A DNA stretch of 64,000 bases, from NCBI GenBank assembly GCA_964393525.1, contig CAYMTV010000001.1:1545-65544 (forward strand). The letters run 5' to 3'. Positions 19,196-29,232 of the stretch are shown here, in pieces. Each line of letters opens with the position of its first letter. The first letter of the stretch is position 1. The DNA is from an uncultured Gammaproteobacteria bacterium (GTDB lineage Bacteria; Patescibacteriota; Microgenomatia; Daviesbacterales; UBA10151). Below the pieces are notes generated by a model. The model was not told the origin of the DNA, ran no database searches, and saw only the letters and a list, made by a program, of their open reading frames with translations. The position numbers and the translations under genes were made by a program.

Positions 19196-19447
19196 ATGAA
19201 TATATTAGCTTGGATTGTATTTGGGCTTGTTGCCGGAAGTATCGCGAATCTCTTGGATCCTAATCCGTCATCCGGCGGGTTTTTGGGATCGATAGTTTTA
19301 GGGATACTAGGAGCATTGGCTGGAGGATTTTTGGCAAACTTATTATTCGGGCTTGAGCTTACAGGTTTTAACTTTACGTCTTTTGTAATCGCGGTACTTG
19401 GGTCATTATTACTCTTATTCTTAGGCAGAGCTGCAAGACGAGCTTGA
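19196..19447 (+). CDS. GlsB/YeaQ/YmgE (transglycosylase-associated) small membrane protein
   Basis: WIVFGLVAG, LGILGALAGG, AVLGSLLLL; SD ggaggtga. Confidence 0.88.
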   Translation: MNILAWIVFGLVAGSIANLLDPNPSSGGFLGSIVLGILGALAGGFLANLLFGLELTGFNFTSFVIAVLGSLLLLFLGRAARRA

Positions 19448-19486
19448 TAAGATTTCTATATTTCTGGTAGTATCAAACCTCTGTCT

Positions 19487-20935
19487 ATGCTACCTAAAAA
19501 AATTGCCTTTGTTGATGTGGAAACAACCGGTGCAAGATGGTCTGACAGAATAATTGAAATTGGTATTGTCAGAGTTGAAGAGAATAAGGTGGTTCGGACA
19601 TATGAAACACTTATAAATCCAGGTTGTTATGTTCCAGAAGAAATACTGACCTTAACCGGCATTAACCCTGCTGAACTGGAGAATTCCCCAAGCTTCGGGC
19701 AAATAAAGCGAGAGATATTAGAGATTTTAGATGACAGCGTTTTTGTAGCTCACAACGTTCGTTTTGATTATTCTTTTATCAGGAATGAGTTTAAAAGAGA
19801 AGAAATCACCTTTAAACATAAGCATTTCTGCACGGTAAAACTCTCCCGGGCGCTTTTCCCAGAGCTTCCTCGTCACAATTTGGATAGCATAATTGAGTGT
19901 TTTGGATTCAAATGCCAAAGACGCCATCGGGCTTTAGATGATGCCAAAGTTTTGTACCAGTTTTGGGAGCATATTCAAAAGAAATTTTCTCAGGAGGAAA
20001 TTTTACTAAGCTTAAACAAAGCCCTCAAAAGACCCGCAATTCCAATAAAAATCTCCCAGGATGATTTGGACAACTTACCGGAAGCCCCCGGTGTATATAT
20101 CTTTTACGGAGAAAACGGGATGCCTTTATACGTCGGTAAATCTGTCAATATCAGGGATCGCATACTATCCCATTTTTCATCAGACCATCTTTCTTCAACC
20201 GAAATGAGAATCAGCCAGCAGATTCAAAGCATAGAGACAATTATTACGGCAGGGGAACTGGGAGCTTTGATCAAAGAAGCCAGTTTAATCAAACAAATGC
20301 AACCTTTATATAACAGAAAGCTTAGGCATTCAAGGCTAATGACAGTATTGAAAAGTAAGCAGACTGAAGATGGTTATCTAACGATTGAGATGGATACAGC
20401 AGGCAACATAGATATTAATCAACTGGATAGTGTTTTGGGAGTCTTCAGGAATAAAAAAAGTTGCAAAGATTTTTTAGTAAGCATAGCCAAAGAGTACGAG
20501 CTTTGCGAGCGGCTTTTAGGGGTGGATACGACTTTAAAATCCTGTTTTGGATATAGGTTAGGCAGATGCAAAGGAGCCTGTTTAGGAAAAGAGAAGTTCC
20601 CTAAATATAATATTAGGTTTATTGAAGCTTTCTCAAAAACTAAAATAGTCCCCTGGCCATTTGACGGACCGGCTGTGATTATGGAAAAAAATTCTGATGC
20701 TGATTTGCAAGAAGGGTTTGTTATAGATAAGTGGTGCTACTTGGGAAGCATTAAAGGTGCAGCTAGTGACAGCCTGGAAAAACTGGAAAAGGACTTGTGC
20801 TTTGACCTTGATACCTACAAGATATTACTTCAATATTTAGCATCGGGTAAAACTTTGAAAAACGTAAAATTGTTAAAGTCCGGTAGTTTTTACCCACGAA
20901 AAACCCCGCACGTAGCGGGGATTCTCGAGAACTAA
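19487..20935 (+). CDS. DEDDh (DnaQ-like) exonuclease fused to GIY-YIG/UvrC(Cho)-like endonuclease
   Basis: FVDVETTG, AHNVRFD, HRALDDA; LPEAPGVY, YVGKSVNIRDR, Cys cluster. Confidence 0.9.
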   Translation: MLPKKIAFVDVETTGARWSDRIIEIGIVRVEENKVVRTYETLINPGCYVPEEILTLTGINPAELENSPSFGQIKREILEILDDSVFVAHNVRFDYSFIRNEFKREEITFKHKHFCTVKLSRALFPELPRHNLDSIIECFGFKCQRRHRALDDAKVLYQFWEHIQKKFSQEEILLSLNKALKRPAIPIKISQDDLDNLPEAPGVYIFYGENGMPLYVGKSVNIRDRILSHFSSDHLSSTEMRISQQIQSIETIITAGELGALIKEASLIKQMQPLYNRKLRHSRLMTVLKSKQTEDGYLTIEMDTAGNIDINQLDSVLGVFRNKKSCKDFLVSIAKEYELCERLLGVDTTLKSCFGYRLGRCKGACLGKEKFPKYNIRFIEAFSKTKIVPWPFDGPAVIMEKNSDADLQEGFVIDKWCYLGSIKGAASDSLEKLEKDLCFDLDTYKILLQYLASGKTLKNVKLLKSGSFYPRKTPHVAGILEN

Positions 20936-21070
20936 CAAGGTTGTTAGCTTTGTATTTATAGCAAAATTACCCTTTTTCCGTCAACTGGAACAAAGTATAA
21001 CAAAGGGTACAGAGAAAAGCGTTCAGCGTACAGTTGATTTTTTCAACTATACGCTATACGCTATACGCTG

Positions 21071-21580
21071 ATGAGAATCTACTTAGCCACTGACCACGCA
21101 GGATTTGAATTTAAAGAAAAAATTAAAGATTTTCTGAAAAAGGAAGGTTTTGAGCTAGAAGATTGCGGAGCTTATGAATATGATAAAGATGATGATTATC
21201 CGGACTTTATCTCCAAGGCGGCAGAAGCTGTCTCAAAAGACCCAGAAAATAGTATGGCAATAGTTTTAGGAGGATCCGGCCAGGGTGAGGCGATTGTCGC
21301 AAATAAGTTCAAAAATGTGAGATGTTCTATTTTTTATGGCCCATTGGTACCAGCTGAAGCCTCAGATATAAGCGGCAGAATCAGTGAGGATCCATTCGAA
21401 ATACTCAGACTTACAAGAGCACATAATAATTCAAACGCTTTATCTTTGGGTGCCAGATTTTTAACTGAAGACCAAGCACTAAAGGCTGTAAAATTTTTTT
21501 TGGAAACGCCATATACCGGTGAAGAAAGACACAAAAGAAGAATAAATAAGGTTAAAGAGATTGAAAAGAATATTTTATGA
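21071..21580 (+). CDS. rpiB: Ribose-5-phosphate isomerase B (RpiB/LacA/LacB family)
   Basis: ATDHAG, DDYPDF, GGSGQGE, HNNSN, RHKRR. Confidence 0.9.
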   Translation: MRIYLATDHAGFEFKEKIKDFLKKEGFELEDCGAYEYDKDDDYPDFISKAAEAVSKDPENSMAIVLGGSGQGEAIVANKFKNVRCSIFYGPLVPAEASDISGRISEDPFEILRLTRAHNNSNALSLGARFLTEDQALKAVKFFLETPYTGEERHKRRINKVKEIEKNIL

Positions 21581-22236
21581 TTCCGATCATTCCAGCTATT
21601 CTTTCGACTAGAGAAGAAGATTACTCAAGAGATATCAATCGTTATCAAAGTAATAACGTATTCAATAAAGGTTGGGTACATATTGATTTCATGGACAATA
21701 AATTTGTTCCAAATCAAAGTATTGAACCGAAAGTTATTGGAAAATATCCAATAAGTATGAAAAAAGAGGCCCATTTAATGGTGAAAGATTTTGATAGTTG
21801 GATACAGGAATTAGAAAAGGTTAATTTTGAAAGAATAATTATTCACTTTGAGGCTAGTGATGAGAGTCGGATTCGGGATGGGATACTATATTTGAAGAAT
21901 CATGGAATTGAATCCGGTTTAGCTTTTAACCCATCAACCGGTATCGAAAAAGTGACACCATTTTTAAGTGATTTGGATCTGGTTTTAATTATGGGGGTTG
22001 AACCAGGATTTCAAGGAAGCCCGTTTGTTGAAAATACTTATGATCGAGTGAAAAAAATGATTAAGCTTAAAAAAGGTAATACTTTACCAAAAATTGTTGT
22101 TGATGGTGGAGTTAGAGATTCTAATGCTAAACAATTAGTAGCGTCTGGTGTAGACTATTTAATAGTAGGCTCTTTTTTGCTAAAAGGAAATATAGATGAA
22201 AATTTTGAAAAACTTAAGAAAACGATTGACGGTTAA
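21577..22236 (+). CDS. rpe: Ribulose-phosphate 3-epimerase
   Basis: HIDFMD, HLMV, MGVEPGFQG, VDGG. Confidence 0.9.
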   Translation: MIPIIPAILSTREEDYSRDINRYQSNNVFNKGWVHIDFMDNKFVPNQSIEPKVIGKYPISMKKEAHLMVKDFDSWIQELEKVNFERIIIHFEASDESRIRDGILYLKNHGIESGLAFNPSTGIEKVTPFLSDLDLVLIMGVEPGFQGSPFVENTYDRVKKMIKLKKGNTLPKIVVDGGVRDSNAKQLVASGVDYLIVGSFLLKGNIDENFEKLKKTIDG

Positions 22237-22888
22237 ACCACCTTTCTTCAAAGAAAAAGGTAAACCCCACAAAGCCCAAACCATCCAGGACATTGCAATT
22301 TTTGGCTATGCGGACACAGATGAAAATGATAGGCTTTATCAAAGTGTCTATAAAGTGGCAAAGGAGCTAGCGAAGGCCGGTTATACAGTCGTTAATGGTG
22401 GAGGCCCGGGAGTCATGCTAGCTGCAACTTTAGGGGCCAAAGCAGGAGGTGGAAAAGTGATCGGGGTAACGCTTTACCCAAAAGATATGAAAGAATTTGA
22501 AGGTAAAGACCCGGAAAATATGCTGGATGTGGAGATAAAAACCAACAGTTATATTGAAAGAACGTTAACTTTAATGAAGGAAGGGCAGGTATATGTTGTA
22601 TTTAAGGGAGGGACAGGAACGATCTCTGAGTTTGGCATGGCCTGGGGACTGGCAAGACTCTATTTTGGTCACCACAAACCCTTAATTTTATACGGGAAAT
22701 TCTGGAAAAAAATCATTGCAGCTTTTAAAGAAAATATGGCTTTGAGGCCGGAGGAACTCAAAGTATTTAAAATTGTTGATGAGCCTGAAGAAGTTTTGGA
22801 AGCAATTGAGGAGTTTGAGAAAGAAATTGAGAGAGGCGAGCATAACCACCGTATACGTGCTTCCAAAGGCGGAGATTTTAGTCTCTAA
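22232..22888 (+). CDS. LOG family (nucleotide monophosphate phosphoribohydrolase-like) protein
   Basis: NGGGPGVM, GGTGTISE; start uncertain (ORF track start 22196 overlaps rpe; 22232 is approximate). Confidence 0.8.
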   Translation, partial: VKPPFFKEKGKPHKAQTIQDIAIFGYADTDENDRLYQSVYKVAKELAKAGYTVVNGGGPGVMLAATLGAKAGGGKVIGVTLYPKDMKEFEGKDPENMLDVEIKTNSYIERTLTLMKEGQVYVVFKGGTGTISEFGMAWGLARLYFGHHKPLILYGKFWKKIIAAFKENMALRPEELKVFKIVDEPEEVLEAIEEFEKEIERGEHNHRIRASKGGDFSL

Positions 22889-22894
22889 CATAAA

Positions 22895-23752
22895 ATGTTA
22901 CTGTCCGACGAAAAAATCCAACAGCTTGAGTTAAAGGCAAATCAAATCCGTCAGGATATCATTAAGATGTTACTTGAGGCAGGTTCAGGGCATTCCGCAG
23001 GGCCATTGGGAATGGCGGATATCTTCACTGCTTTATACTTTCATATTTTAAATCATGACCCCAAAAACCCTAAATGGGAAGAACGGGATAGGCTGGTTTT
23101 ATCAAATGGCCATATCTGTCCGGTTTTATATGCTACTTTAGCCCACGCCCACTACTTTACTATTCACGAGCTTAAAACTTTAAGGATGCTTGGAACCAGG
23201 TTGCAGGGTCATCCTCATAGAGTTGCTCTACCCGGTTTGGAAACTACCTCAGGGCCTTTGGGTTCCGGACTGTCACAAGCTGCAGGGATGGCCTATGTTG
23301 CCAAAATGGATGATTTACCCTGGAGGGTTTATTGCATAACTTCTGATGGGGAACATGATGAAGGAAATACTTGGGAAGGGATCATGTTTGCCGGCAAATA
23401 TAAATTAAATAAATTAACTGTAATTTTGGATAGAAATAATATCCAAATAGATGGATTCACAGAAGATGTTATGCCCTTGGAGAACTTGCGGGCAAAGTAT
23501 GAAGCTTTTAACTGGCATGTTACAGAAATAGACGGGCATAATACTAGGGAAATTATTGATGCCTGCGAAGAAGCCAAAGCGATTTATGAAAAACCTACTT
23601 TAATTATTGCACATACTATTCCTGGCAAGGGTGTGGATTTTATGGAGAATGATTTTACCTGGCACGGCAAACCGCCTGATAAAGAGCAGGCAAAGAAAGC
23701 ATTAAAAGAATTAAGAACTTTACAGGGAAAGATAAGGAGTGAGCATGAGTAA
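22895..23752 (+). CDS. tktA: Transketolase N-terminal (TPP-binding) subunit
   Basis: GSGH, LSNGH, LQGHP, SDGEHDEG, KG...WHG. Confidence 0.92.
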   Translation: MLLSDEKIQQLELKANQIRQDIIKMLLEAGSGHSAGPLGMADIFTALYFHILNHDPKNPKWEERDRLVLSNGHICPVLYATLAHAHYFTIHELKTLRMLGTRLQGHPHRVALPGLETTSGPLGSGLSQAAGMAYVAKMDDLPWRVYCITSDGEHDEGNTWEGIMFAGKYKLNKLTVILDRNNIQIDGFTEDVMPLENLRAKYEAFNWHVTEIDGHNTREIIDACEEAKAIYEKPTLIIAHTIPGKGVDFMENDFTWHGKPPDKEQAKKALKELRTLQGKIRSEHE

Positions 23753-23960
23753 TCGAAATATAATAGGTGCTGTTTTCGTAGTGGCTGGGACACTTTCTTT
23801 AAAAGATTACTTTAAAGGGGGAGGTATTAATTTCAAAAGAAAAGGTTTTGATGCGCTTAATGCTTTTTACGGGGACGAAGTTAAAAGGAGTGATAGGATC
23901 AGGTTATTATCACTCGGACTTTTTAGTTTAATTTCAGGTTTAGTTTTGATTTTCCTTTAG
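23745..23960 (+). CDS. Small two-TM hypothetical protein between the transketolase subunit genes
   Basis: ATG at 23745 overlapping the upstream stop; hydrophobic N- and C-terminal segments. Confidence 0.55.
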   Translation: MSNRNIIGAVFVVAGTLSLKDYFKGGGINFKRKGFDALNAFYGDEVKRSDRIRLLSLGLFSLISGLVLIFL

Positions 23961-23968
23961 AGTTAAAA

Positions 23969-25003
23969 ATGATTCACCAAAAAGCCTATCTAAATCCAAA
24001 ACTGTTTGATAAAGATATAGAACAAATTCCTTCCAGGAAAGGGTTTGGGGAAGGGTTGGTTTTAGCAGGGGAAGAGAATAAAAATGTTGTAGGGCTTTGT
24101 GCGGATTTAACGGAAAGCACAAAGATGGATAAGTTTAAGGAAAAATTTCCTGATCGCTTTATCGAAGTTGGGGTAGCTGAGCAAAATTTGGTAACAGTTG
24201 CCTCAGGCATGGCAGCAGCCGGAAAAATTCCTTTTGTTTCCTCCTATGCAACTTTTTCTCCGGGAAGAAACTGGGAACAAATAAGAACTACTATTTGTTA
24301 CAATGACCGGCCTGTCAAGATAGTGGGTTCCCATGCAGGAATATCGGTTGGTCCAGATGGAGCAACCCATCAGGCCTTAGAGGATATTGCGTTAATGCGG
24401 GTACTGCCAAATATGGTGGTGATAGTCCCAGCAGATGCAATTGAAGCTAGAAAAGCCACAGTGGCTATGGCCCATGACCCAAAACCTAATTATTTAAGAT
24501 TATCCCGGGCTGATGTTTCTGTTATCACCACAGAACAAACTCCTTTTGAAATTGGTAAAGCCGAAGTTTTCCATGAAGGTAATCCTTCGACTCCCTCTGG
24601 TCGCTCAGGACGCTTCGCGCATGTAACAGTAATCGCTTGTGGGCAGATGGTTTATCAAGCTTTGCTGGCTGCACATGAATTACAAAAGGCTGAAAGAGGT
24701 AAAATTAGTGTTCGAGTAATAAATTGCCACACAATCAAACCTTTGGATAAAAAAACAATCCTAAAAGCTGCCGAAGAAACCGGTGCAATTGTTACGGCAG
24801 AAGAACATCAAGTTCATGGAGGATTTGGATCTGCTATTGCTGAACTTGTTTCACAACACTACCCGATCCCCATAAAAATGGTAGGAATAGAGGACCACTT
24901 TGGCGAGTCAGGCGAGCCACATGAATTATTAGAAAAGTTTGGACTTTTAAAAAAGGATATTATTAAAGCTATAACTCAAGTATTAAGACTAAAGAACAAA
25001 TGA
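23969..25003 (+). CDS. tktB: Transketolase C-terminal subunit, with in-frame palindromic insert
   Basis: GVAEQN, GPDGATHQ, IKPLD, AEEHQ, FGESG. Confidence 0.92.
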   Translation: MIHQKAYLNPKLFDKDIEQIPSRKGFGEGLVLAGEENKNVVGLCADLTESTKMDKFKEKFPDRFIEVGVAEQNLVTVASGMAAAGKIPFVSSYATFSPGRNWEQIRTTICYNDRPVKIVGSHAGISVGPDGATHQALEDIALMRVLPNMVVIVPADAIEARKATVAMAHDPKPNYLRLSRADVSVITTEQTPFEIGKAEVFHEGNPSTPSGRSGRFAHVTVIACGQMVYQALLAAHELQKAERGKISVRVINCHTIKPLDKKTILKAAEETGAIVTAEEHQVHGGFGSAIAELVSQHYPIPIKMVGIEDHFGESGEPHELLEKFGLLKKDIIKAITQVLRLKNK

Positions 25004-25006
25004 ACT

Positions 25007-25170
25007 ATCGCGGACAATACACCCAATTTGCTTTGCAAATTGCAAAAGTCCGCGGTATCCTCAAGAAAGTTCTTTTCAGCGGCTTCATCCGGGTTCTGAG
25101 AGAACCCGGTTTTCGCACGCTGAAAATACATTCTTAGGTGTCTAGCCATCCCACACCGGGCGTGTGTATG
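25007..25170. repeat. Highly structured intergenic element (multi-hairpin; mobile remnant or ncRNA)
   Basis: atcgcggac/gtccgcggt enclosing caatttgc/gcaaattg; ttttcagcg/cgctgaaaa enclosing ccgggttct/agaacccgg. Confidence 0.55.
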
Positions 25171-25224
25171 TGAGTTTATTATTAGAGCTGGTTATGAATT
25201 ATTAAAGTTTGATAAGATGGAACT

Positions 25225-25386
25225 ATGGAGTGTGCAGTTTGTAATGGAATAACCGCAGCGGTTCAAGTAATATTTTTATCTATTTTTTACCTTTTTGTAA
25301 TGATTGTAAACTTAGGTATAGCTATAATCGATTGGGTTATTCATACCCTTACTAAAGAGTCTTCTCCAAAAAATTCCGGCACTTGA
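25225..25386 (+). CDS. 53-aa CxxC membrane peptide (below the ORF-track cutoff)
   Basis: MECAVCNGITAAVQVIFLSIFYLFVMIVNLGIAIIDWVIHTLTKESSPKNSGT; directly upstream of csoR. Confidence 0.55.
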   Translation: MECAVCNGITAAVQVIFLSIFYLFVMIVNLGIAIIDWVIHTLTKESSPKNSGT

Positions 25387-25409
25387 TTTAAAAGATTTTT
25401 AGTTTTATT

Positions 25410-25430
25410 ATATCCCCAGAGGGGGGATAT
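25410..25430. promoter_or_regulatory. CsoR-type operator overlapping the csoR promoter
   Basis: atatcccc-agagg-ggggatat C/G-tract palindrome, next to TTGATT (25383)...TATTAT (25406). Confidence 0.75.
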
Positions 25431-25431
25431 T

Positions 25432-25704
25432 ATGACTTTTAAACCAAGAGATATCCATGAGCGCATTTTACATAGGTTAAAAATCACCAAAGGTCATCTA
25501 AATAAGGTGATTAAAATGAATGAGGATGGGGAGTATTGCATTAATGTTCTTCACCAATCTCAGGCAGTTCAAAAAGCCCTAAAAGAAATTGATAACTTAA
25601 TTTTAGAAAACCATCTGAAAACTTGTGCTGCCCATGCAATAAAACAAGGCAATAGTGAAGAAGCAATCTCTGAGGTGATGAGTGTTTTCAGAAAAAAGAC
25701 TTAA
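25432..25704 (+). CDS. csoR: Copper-sensing repressor CsoR
   Basis: RLK...GH, YC, ENHLKTC (C-H-C fingerprint). Confidence 0.88.
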   Translation: MTFKPRDIHERILHRLKITKGHLNKVIKMNEDGEYCINVLHQSQAVQKALKEIDNLILENHLKTCAAHAIKQGNSEEAISEVMSVFRKKT

Positions 25705-25745
25705 CCCAAAATATTGAACGATCGTTTAAGTTTTTGGAAAAAAAT

Positions 25746-26105
25746 ATGAAAATAGATCAGATTTTAGTTATTATTTTTGGGATTTTAGGGATTGGATTTG
25801 TTTACTGGTTTTTCCTGATGAGGAAAGAAAAGACAGTTGAGGCTTCGGATTCAATCGATATTACCGTTGAAGGAGGCTATAAGCCGGAAGTAATTAAAGT
25901 CCAAAATAACATAACTACAAAATTAAATTTTATTCGCAAAGACCCTTCAACCTGCCTAGAAGAGGTTGTACTGAGTGATTTTAAAATCAAAAAATACCTG
26001 CCGTTAAATCAAAAAACCACCATAGAAATTACTCCAAAAAAAGTAGGCGAGTTCCCTTTTTCCTGCGGGATGAATATGTTCCATGGGAAGCTAATTGTTG
26101 AGTGA
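25746..26105 (+). CDS. Membrane-anchored cupredoxin (CupA-like copper chaperone)
   Basis: N-terminal [20 protein letters not shown]. Confidence 0.85.
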   Translation: MKIDQILVIIFGILGIGFVYWFFLMRKEKTVEASDSIDITVEGGYKPEVIKVQNNITTKLNFIRKDPSTCLEEVVLSDFKIKKYLPLNQKTTIEITPKKVGEFPFSCGMNMFHGKLIVE

Positions 26106-26107
26106 GT

Positions 26108-28336
26108 ATGAAAAGAACATTCCCAATCAAAGGCATGCACTGTGCTAGCTGTGTTCGGGTAACTGAAAAGGCTTTATCAAAAATCCCCGGAATAGCTTTA
26201 GCAAACGTTAATCTGGCAACAGAGAAAGCCACTATAGAATATGATTCGGCCTCGGTAGATGATGAAAAGATCAAATCAGCTATTTCAAGCGTGGGGTATG
26301 AAGCAATGCTTAATGAGGAAGTTGAAACAGAAGACAAGAATAAAATAGAGAAACAAAAAGAATTAGACAGGCTTAAGCTACAGGTTTTTGTAAGTTTATC
26401 GATTGGAGTGTTAATAGTTCTTGAATTGCTTCCATTTGCCAAGCCCCTACATCACCTGCTTTTTCCCAATGAGTTTATTACTCTTTTGGCAGCATCATTA
26501 GTGCAATTTTGGCCTGGACTTCAGTTTTACAGGGCAGCGATACCTGCGCTAAAAAACCGGCTGGCCAACATGGATACTCTGGTAATGATCGGTACGAGCG
26601 CAGCTTATCTTTATTCGGCAACTGCTGTTTTATTCCCTCAAATCTTTGAACTAGCCGGAATAGAACCCGAGCCTTATTTTGATGTTGCGGTTATTATAAT
26701 TGGATTGATTCTTTTGGGAAGGTATTTTGAGGCAAGGGCAAAAATGGGTACTTCTGAGGCAATTAAAAAATTAATCGGGTTACAGGCTAAAACCGCCAGA
26801 GTTTTGAGACTAGGGAAGGAAGTCGACATTCCAATTACCGAGGTAGTAAAAGGAGATATCATCCGGGTACGACCTGGAGAGAAAATTCCGGTTGACGGTG
26901 TAATTACCGAAGGTCAGTCAAGTGTTGATGAATCAATGGTGACAGGTGAGAGTATTCCGGTCGATAAAGCTAAGGGAGATACAGTAATTGGTGCAACAAT
27001 TAATAAATCCGGAACTTTTACTTTTAAAGCGACCAAGGTTGGAAAAGATACTATGCTTGCCCAGATTATTAAATTGGTTGAAGAAGCCCAAGGCAGTAAG
27101 GCTCCTATTCAACGGATTGCCGATTTAATTTCTTCTTATTTCGTACCAATTGTGATCATGCTTGCTGTAGCCACTTTTGTTGTCTGGTATATTTTTGGTC
27201 CACAACCTGCTTTTTTGTATGCGGTATTAAACACAGTGGCTGTATTAATAATTGCCTGTCCTTGTGCAATGGGATTGGCTACTCCGACCGCGATAATGGT
27301 GGGAACCGGCAAAGGGGCGGAACACGGCATATTAATTAAGGACGCCGAAAGCCTGGAGATTGCCCATAAAGTAAGTACCATAATCTTTGACAAAACCGGG
27401 ACCTTAACCAAGGGCCAACCTGAGGTTACAGACATTGTAGTAAATAACAAGATACAAGCGACGAGAGATAAGTTATTACAGATTGCAGCATCAATTGAAA
27501 AGGGATCCGAACATTCACTGGCCGAGGCAATAGTTAAAAAAGCTGAAGAAGAAAAACTTAATTTAAGCAAAGTTGAAAGATTTAAAGCCATTGCCGGGCA
27601 AGGGGTTGAGGGCTATATCAATAATCGAAAAGTTGCATTAGGTAACAGAAAATTAATGGACAGTGAGAAAATTAATTACTCAAAATTAATTGATGAAGTA
27701 GAAAAATTGGAAAATCAGGGCAAGACAGTAATGTTTCTTGCTCAAAATGGTAGTCTCGCCGGACTTATTGCAGTAGCAGATACATTAAAAGACACTGCGA
27801 AAGAGGCGGTAAGTGCTTTAGAAAAGCAAGGCATTGAAACCATAATGATTACCGGAGATAACCAAAGAACAGCCCAGGCAATTGCTAAACAAACCGGTGT
27901 TAAAAGGTTTATTGCCGAAGTTTTGCCAGACCAAAAGGAAACCGAAGTGAGAAAAATCCAGAAGGAAGGTAAGGTTGTGGCAATGGTGGGGGATGGAATT
28001 AATGATGCTCCGGCTTTGGCTCAAGCCGATATCGGGATTGCCATGGGTACTGGGACAGATGTAGCAATGGAGTCGGCAGATATAACCTTAATAAATAAAG
28101 ACTTAAGGTCGATCGTTTCTACAATCAAGCTTTCCAAGCAAACCATGCGGGTCATAAAGCTGAATCTTTTCTGGGCTTTTGGCTATAACGTTATTTTGAT
28201 TCCTGTGGCAATGGGACTTTTATATCCTTTCTTTGGGATTTTACTAAACCCGATTCTAGCATCAGCTGCAATGGCTATGTCTTCAATTTCGGTTGTTGGC
28301 AACTCCTTACTTTTGAAAAAAGCTAATTTGACATAA
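26108..28336 (+). CDS. copA: Cu(I)-translocating P1B-type ATPase
   Basis: GMHCASC, TGES, CPC, DKTGT, SEH, GDGIND, YN and MAMSS. Confidence 0.96.
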   Translation: MKRTFPIKGMHCASCVRVTEKALSKIPGIALANVNLATEKATIEYDSASVDDEKIKSAISSVGYEAMLNEEVETEDKNKIEKQKELDRLKLQVFVSLSIGVLIVLELLPFAKPLHHLLFPNEFITLLAASLVQFWPGLQFYRAAIPALKNRLANMDTLVMIGTSAAYLYSATAVLFPQIFELAGIEPEPYFDVAVIIIGLILLGRYFEARAKMGTSEAIKKLIGLQAKTARVLRLGKEVDIPITEVVKGDIIRVRPGEKIPVDGVITEGQSSVDESMVTGESIPVDKAKGDTVIGATINKSGTFTFKATKVGKDTMLAQIIKLVEEAQGSKAPIQRIADLISSYFVPIVIMLAVATFVVWYIFGPQPAFLYAVLNTVAVLIIACPCAMGLATPTAIMVGTGKGAEHGILIKDAESLEIAHKVSTIIFDKTGTLTKGQPEVTDIVVNNKIQATRDKLLQIAASIEKGSEHSLAEAIVKKAEEEKLNLSKVERFKAIAGQGVEGYINNRKVALGNRKLMDSEKINYSKLIDEVEKLENQGKTVMFLAQNGSLAGLIAVADTLKDTAKEAVSALEKQGIETIMITGDNQRTAQAIAKQTGVKRFIAEVLPDQKETEVRKIQKEGKVVAMVGDGINDAPALAQADIGIAMGTGTDVAMESADITLINKDLRSIVSTIKLSKQTMRVIKLNLFWAFGYNVILIPVAMGLLYPFFGILLNPILASAAMAMSSISVVGNSLLLKKANLT

Positions 28337-28358
28337 CTTAACCATTAATATTAAACTG

Positions 28359-29135
28359 ATGGTCAAATTCAACATGGAAAAAGGATCAACATTTCTTTCG
28401 GTTCCCACCTCAATCCTGATTGGATCGGTCATAATTGCCGTAGCCATTTTAATAAGCGGCGGGGTAATCAAGTTTAAAGGTGCAATCCAAAAAATCGCTG
28501 ATAATACCGGAATAGTTCAAGCAACTCCAGTGCCTGAGCCGCAGGAGGAAGATACAGGGCCGGTTAAGGTATCTTTAGATGATGATCCTGTTTTAGGTAA
28601 TAAGAACGCTCCTGTGACTATAGTCGAATTCTCTGATTATGAGTGCCCATTTTGTAAAAGATATTTTGACCAGACACTGCCACAAATTAAAAAAGATTAT
28701 ATAGATACCGGTAAGGTAAAAGTTGTATACAGAGATTTACCGCTTTCGTTTCATGACCCAATGGCTACAACCGAAGCAATTGCTGCAAATTGCGCCAGAG
28801 AACAGGGTGGGGATGAAACATATTTCAAATTCCATGATGAGATGTTTAAAAGAACAACCTCAAACGGAAATGGTTTATCAAAAGATGATTTGACCCAGAT
28901 TGCCCAGGATTTGGGTTTAAACTCGGCTAATTTAAAAGCATGCGTAGATACCGAGAAATATAAGGTTGAAGTCTCCAAAGACTTAGCCGATGCGGAAGGC
29001 TATGGTGCATCCGGGACGCCTACCTTCTTCATTGGAAAATCGGAATCGGGTAAAGAAATAGCAGGTACAATGTTAGTCGGAGCCCAACCATATAATGCTT
29101 TCAAGACTTTGATTGACCAAGAACTTACGAGATAA
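28359..29135 (+). CDS. Membrane-anchored DsbA-family thiol-disulfide oxidoreductase
   Basis: EFSDYECPFC, GTPTFF, GAQP. Confidence 0.9.
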   Translation: MVKFNMEKGSTFLSVPTSILIGSVIIAVAILISGGVIKFKGAIQKIADNTGIVQATPVPEPQEEDTGPVKVSLDDDPVLGNKNAPVTIVEFSDYECPFCKRYFDQTLPQIKKDYIDTGKVKVVYRDLPLSFHDPMATTEAIAANCAREQGGDETYFKFHDEMFKRTTSNGNGLSKDDLTQIAQDLGLNSANLKACVDTEKYKVEVSKDLADAEGYGASGTPTFFIGKSESGKEIAGTMLVGAQPYNAFKTLIDQELTR

Positions 29136-29232
29136 AAAAAACATTTTTAAAAGATAGAAGTTTTTGCTGGACTTTTCGGCACTTCTGACTATTTGATCAA
29201 TTTTAAGGTTGTCCGAAAATGTCCAAATTAAT

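Noticed and set aside
22895-25003. Transketolase broken by frameshift (pseudogene)
   Set aside because: Both halves have proper starts and stops and match the common two-subunit transketolase type
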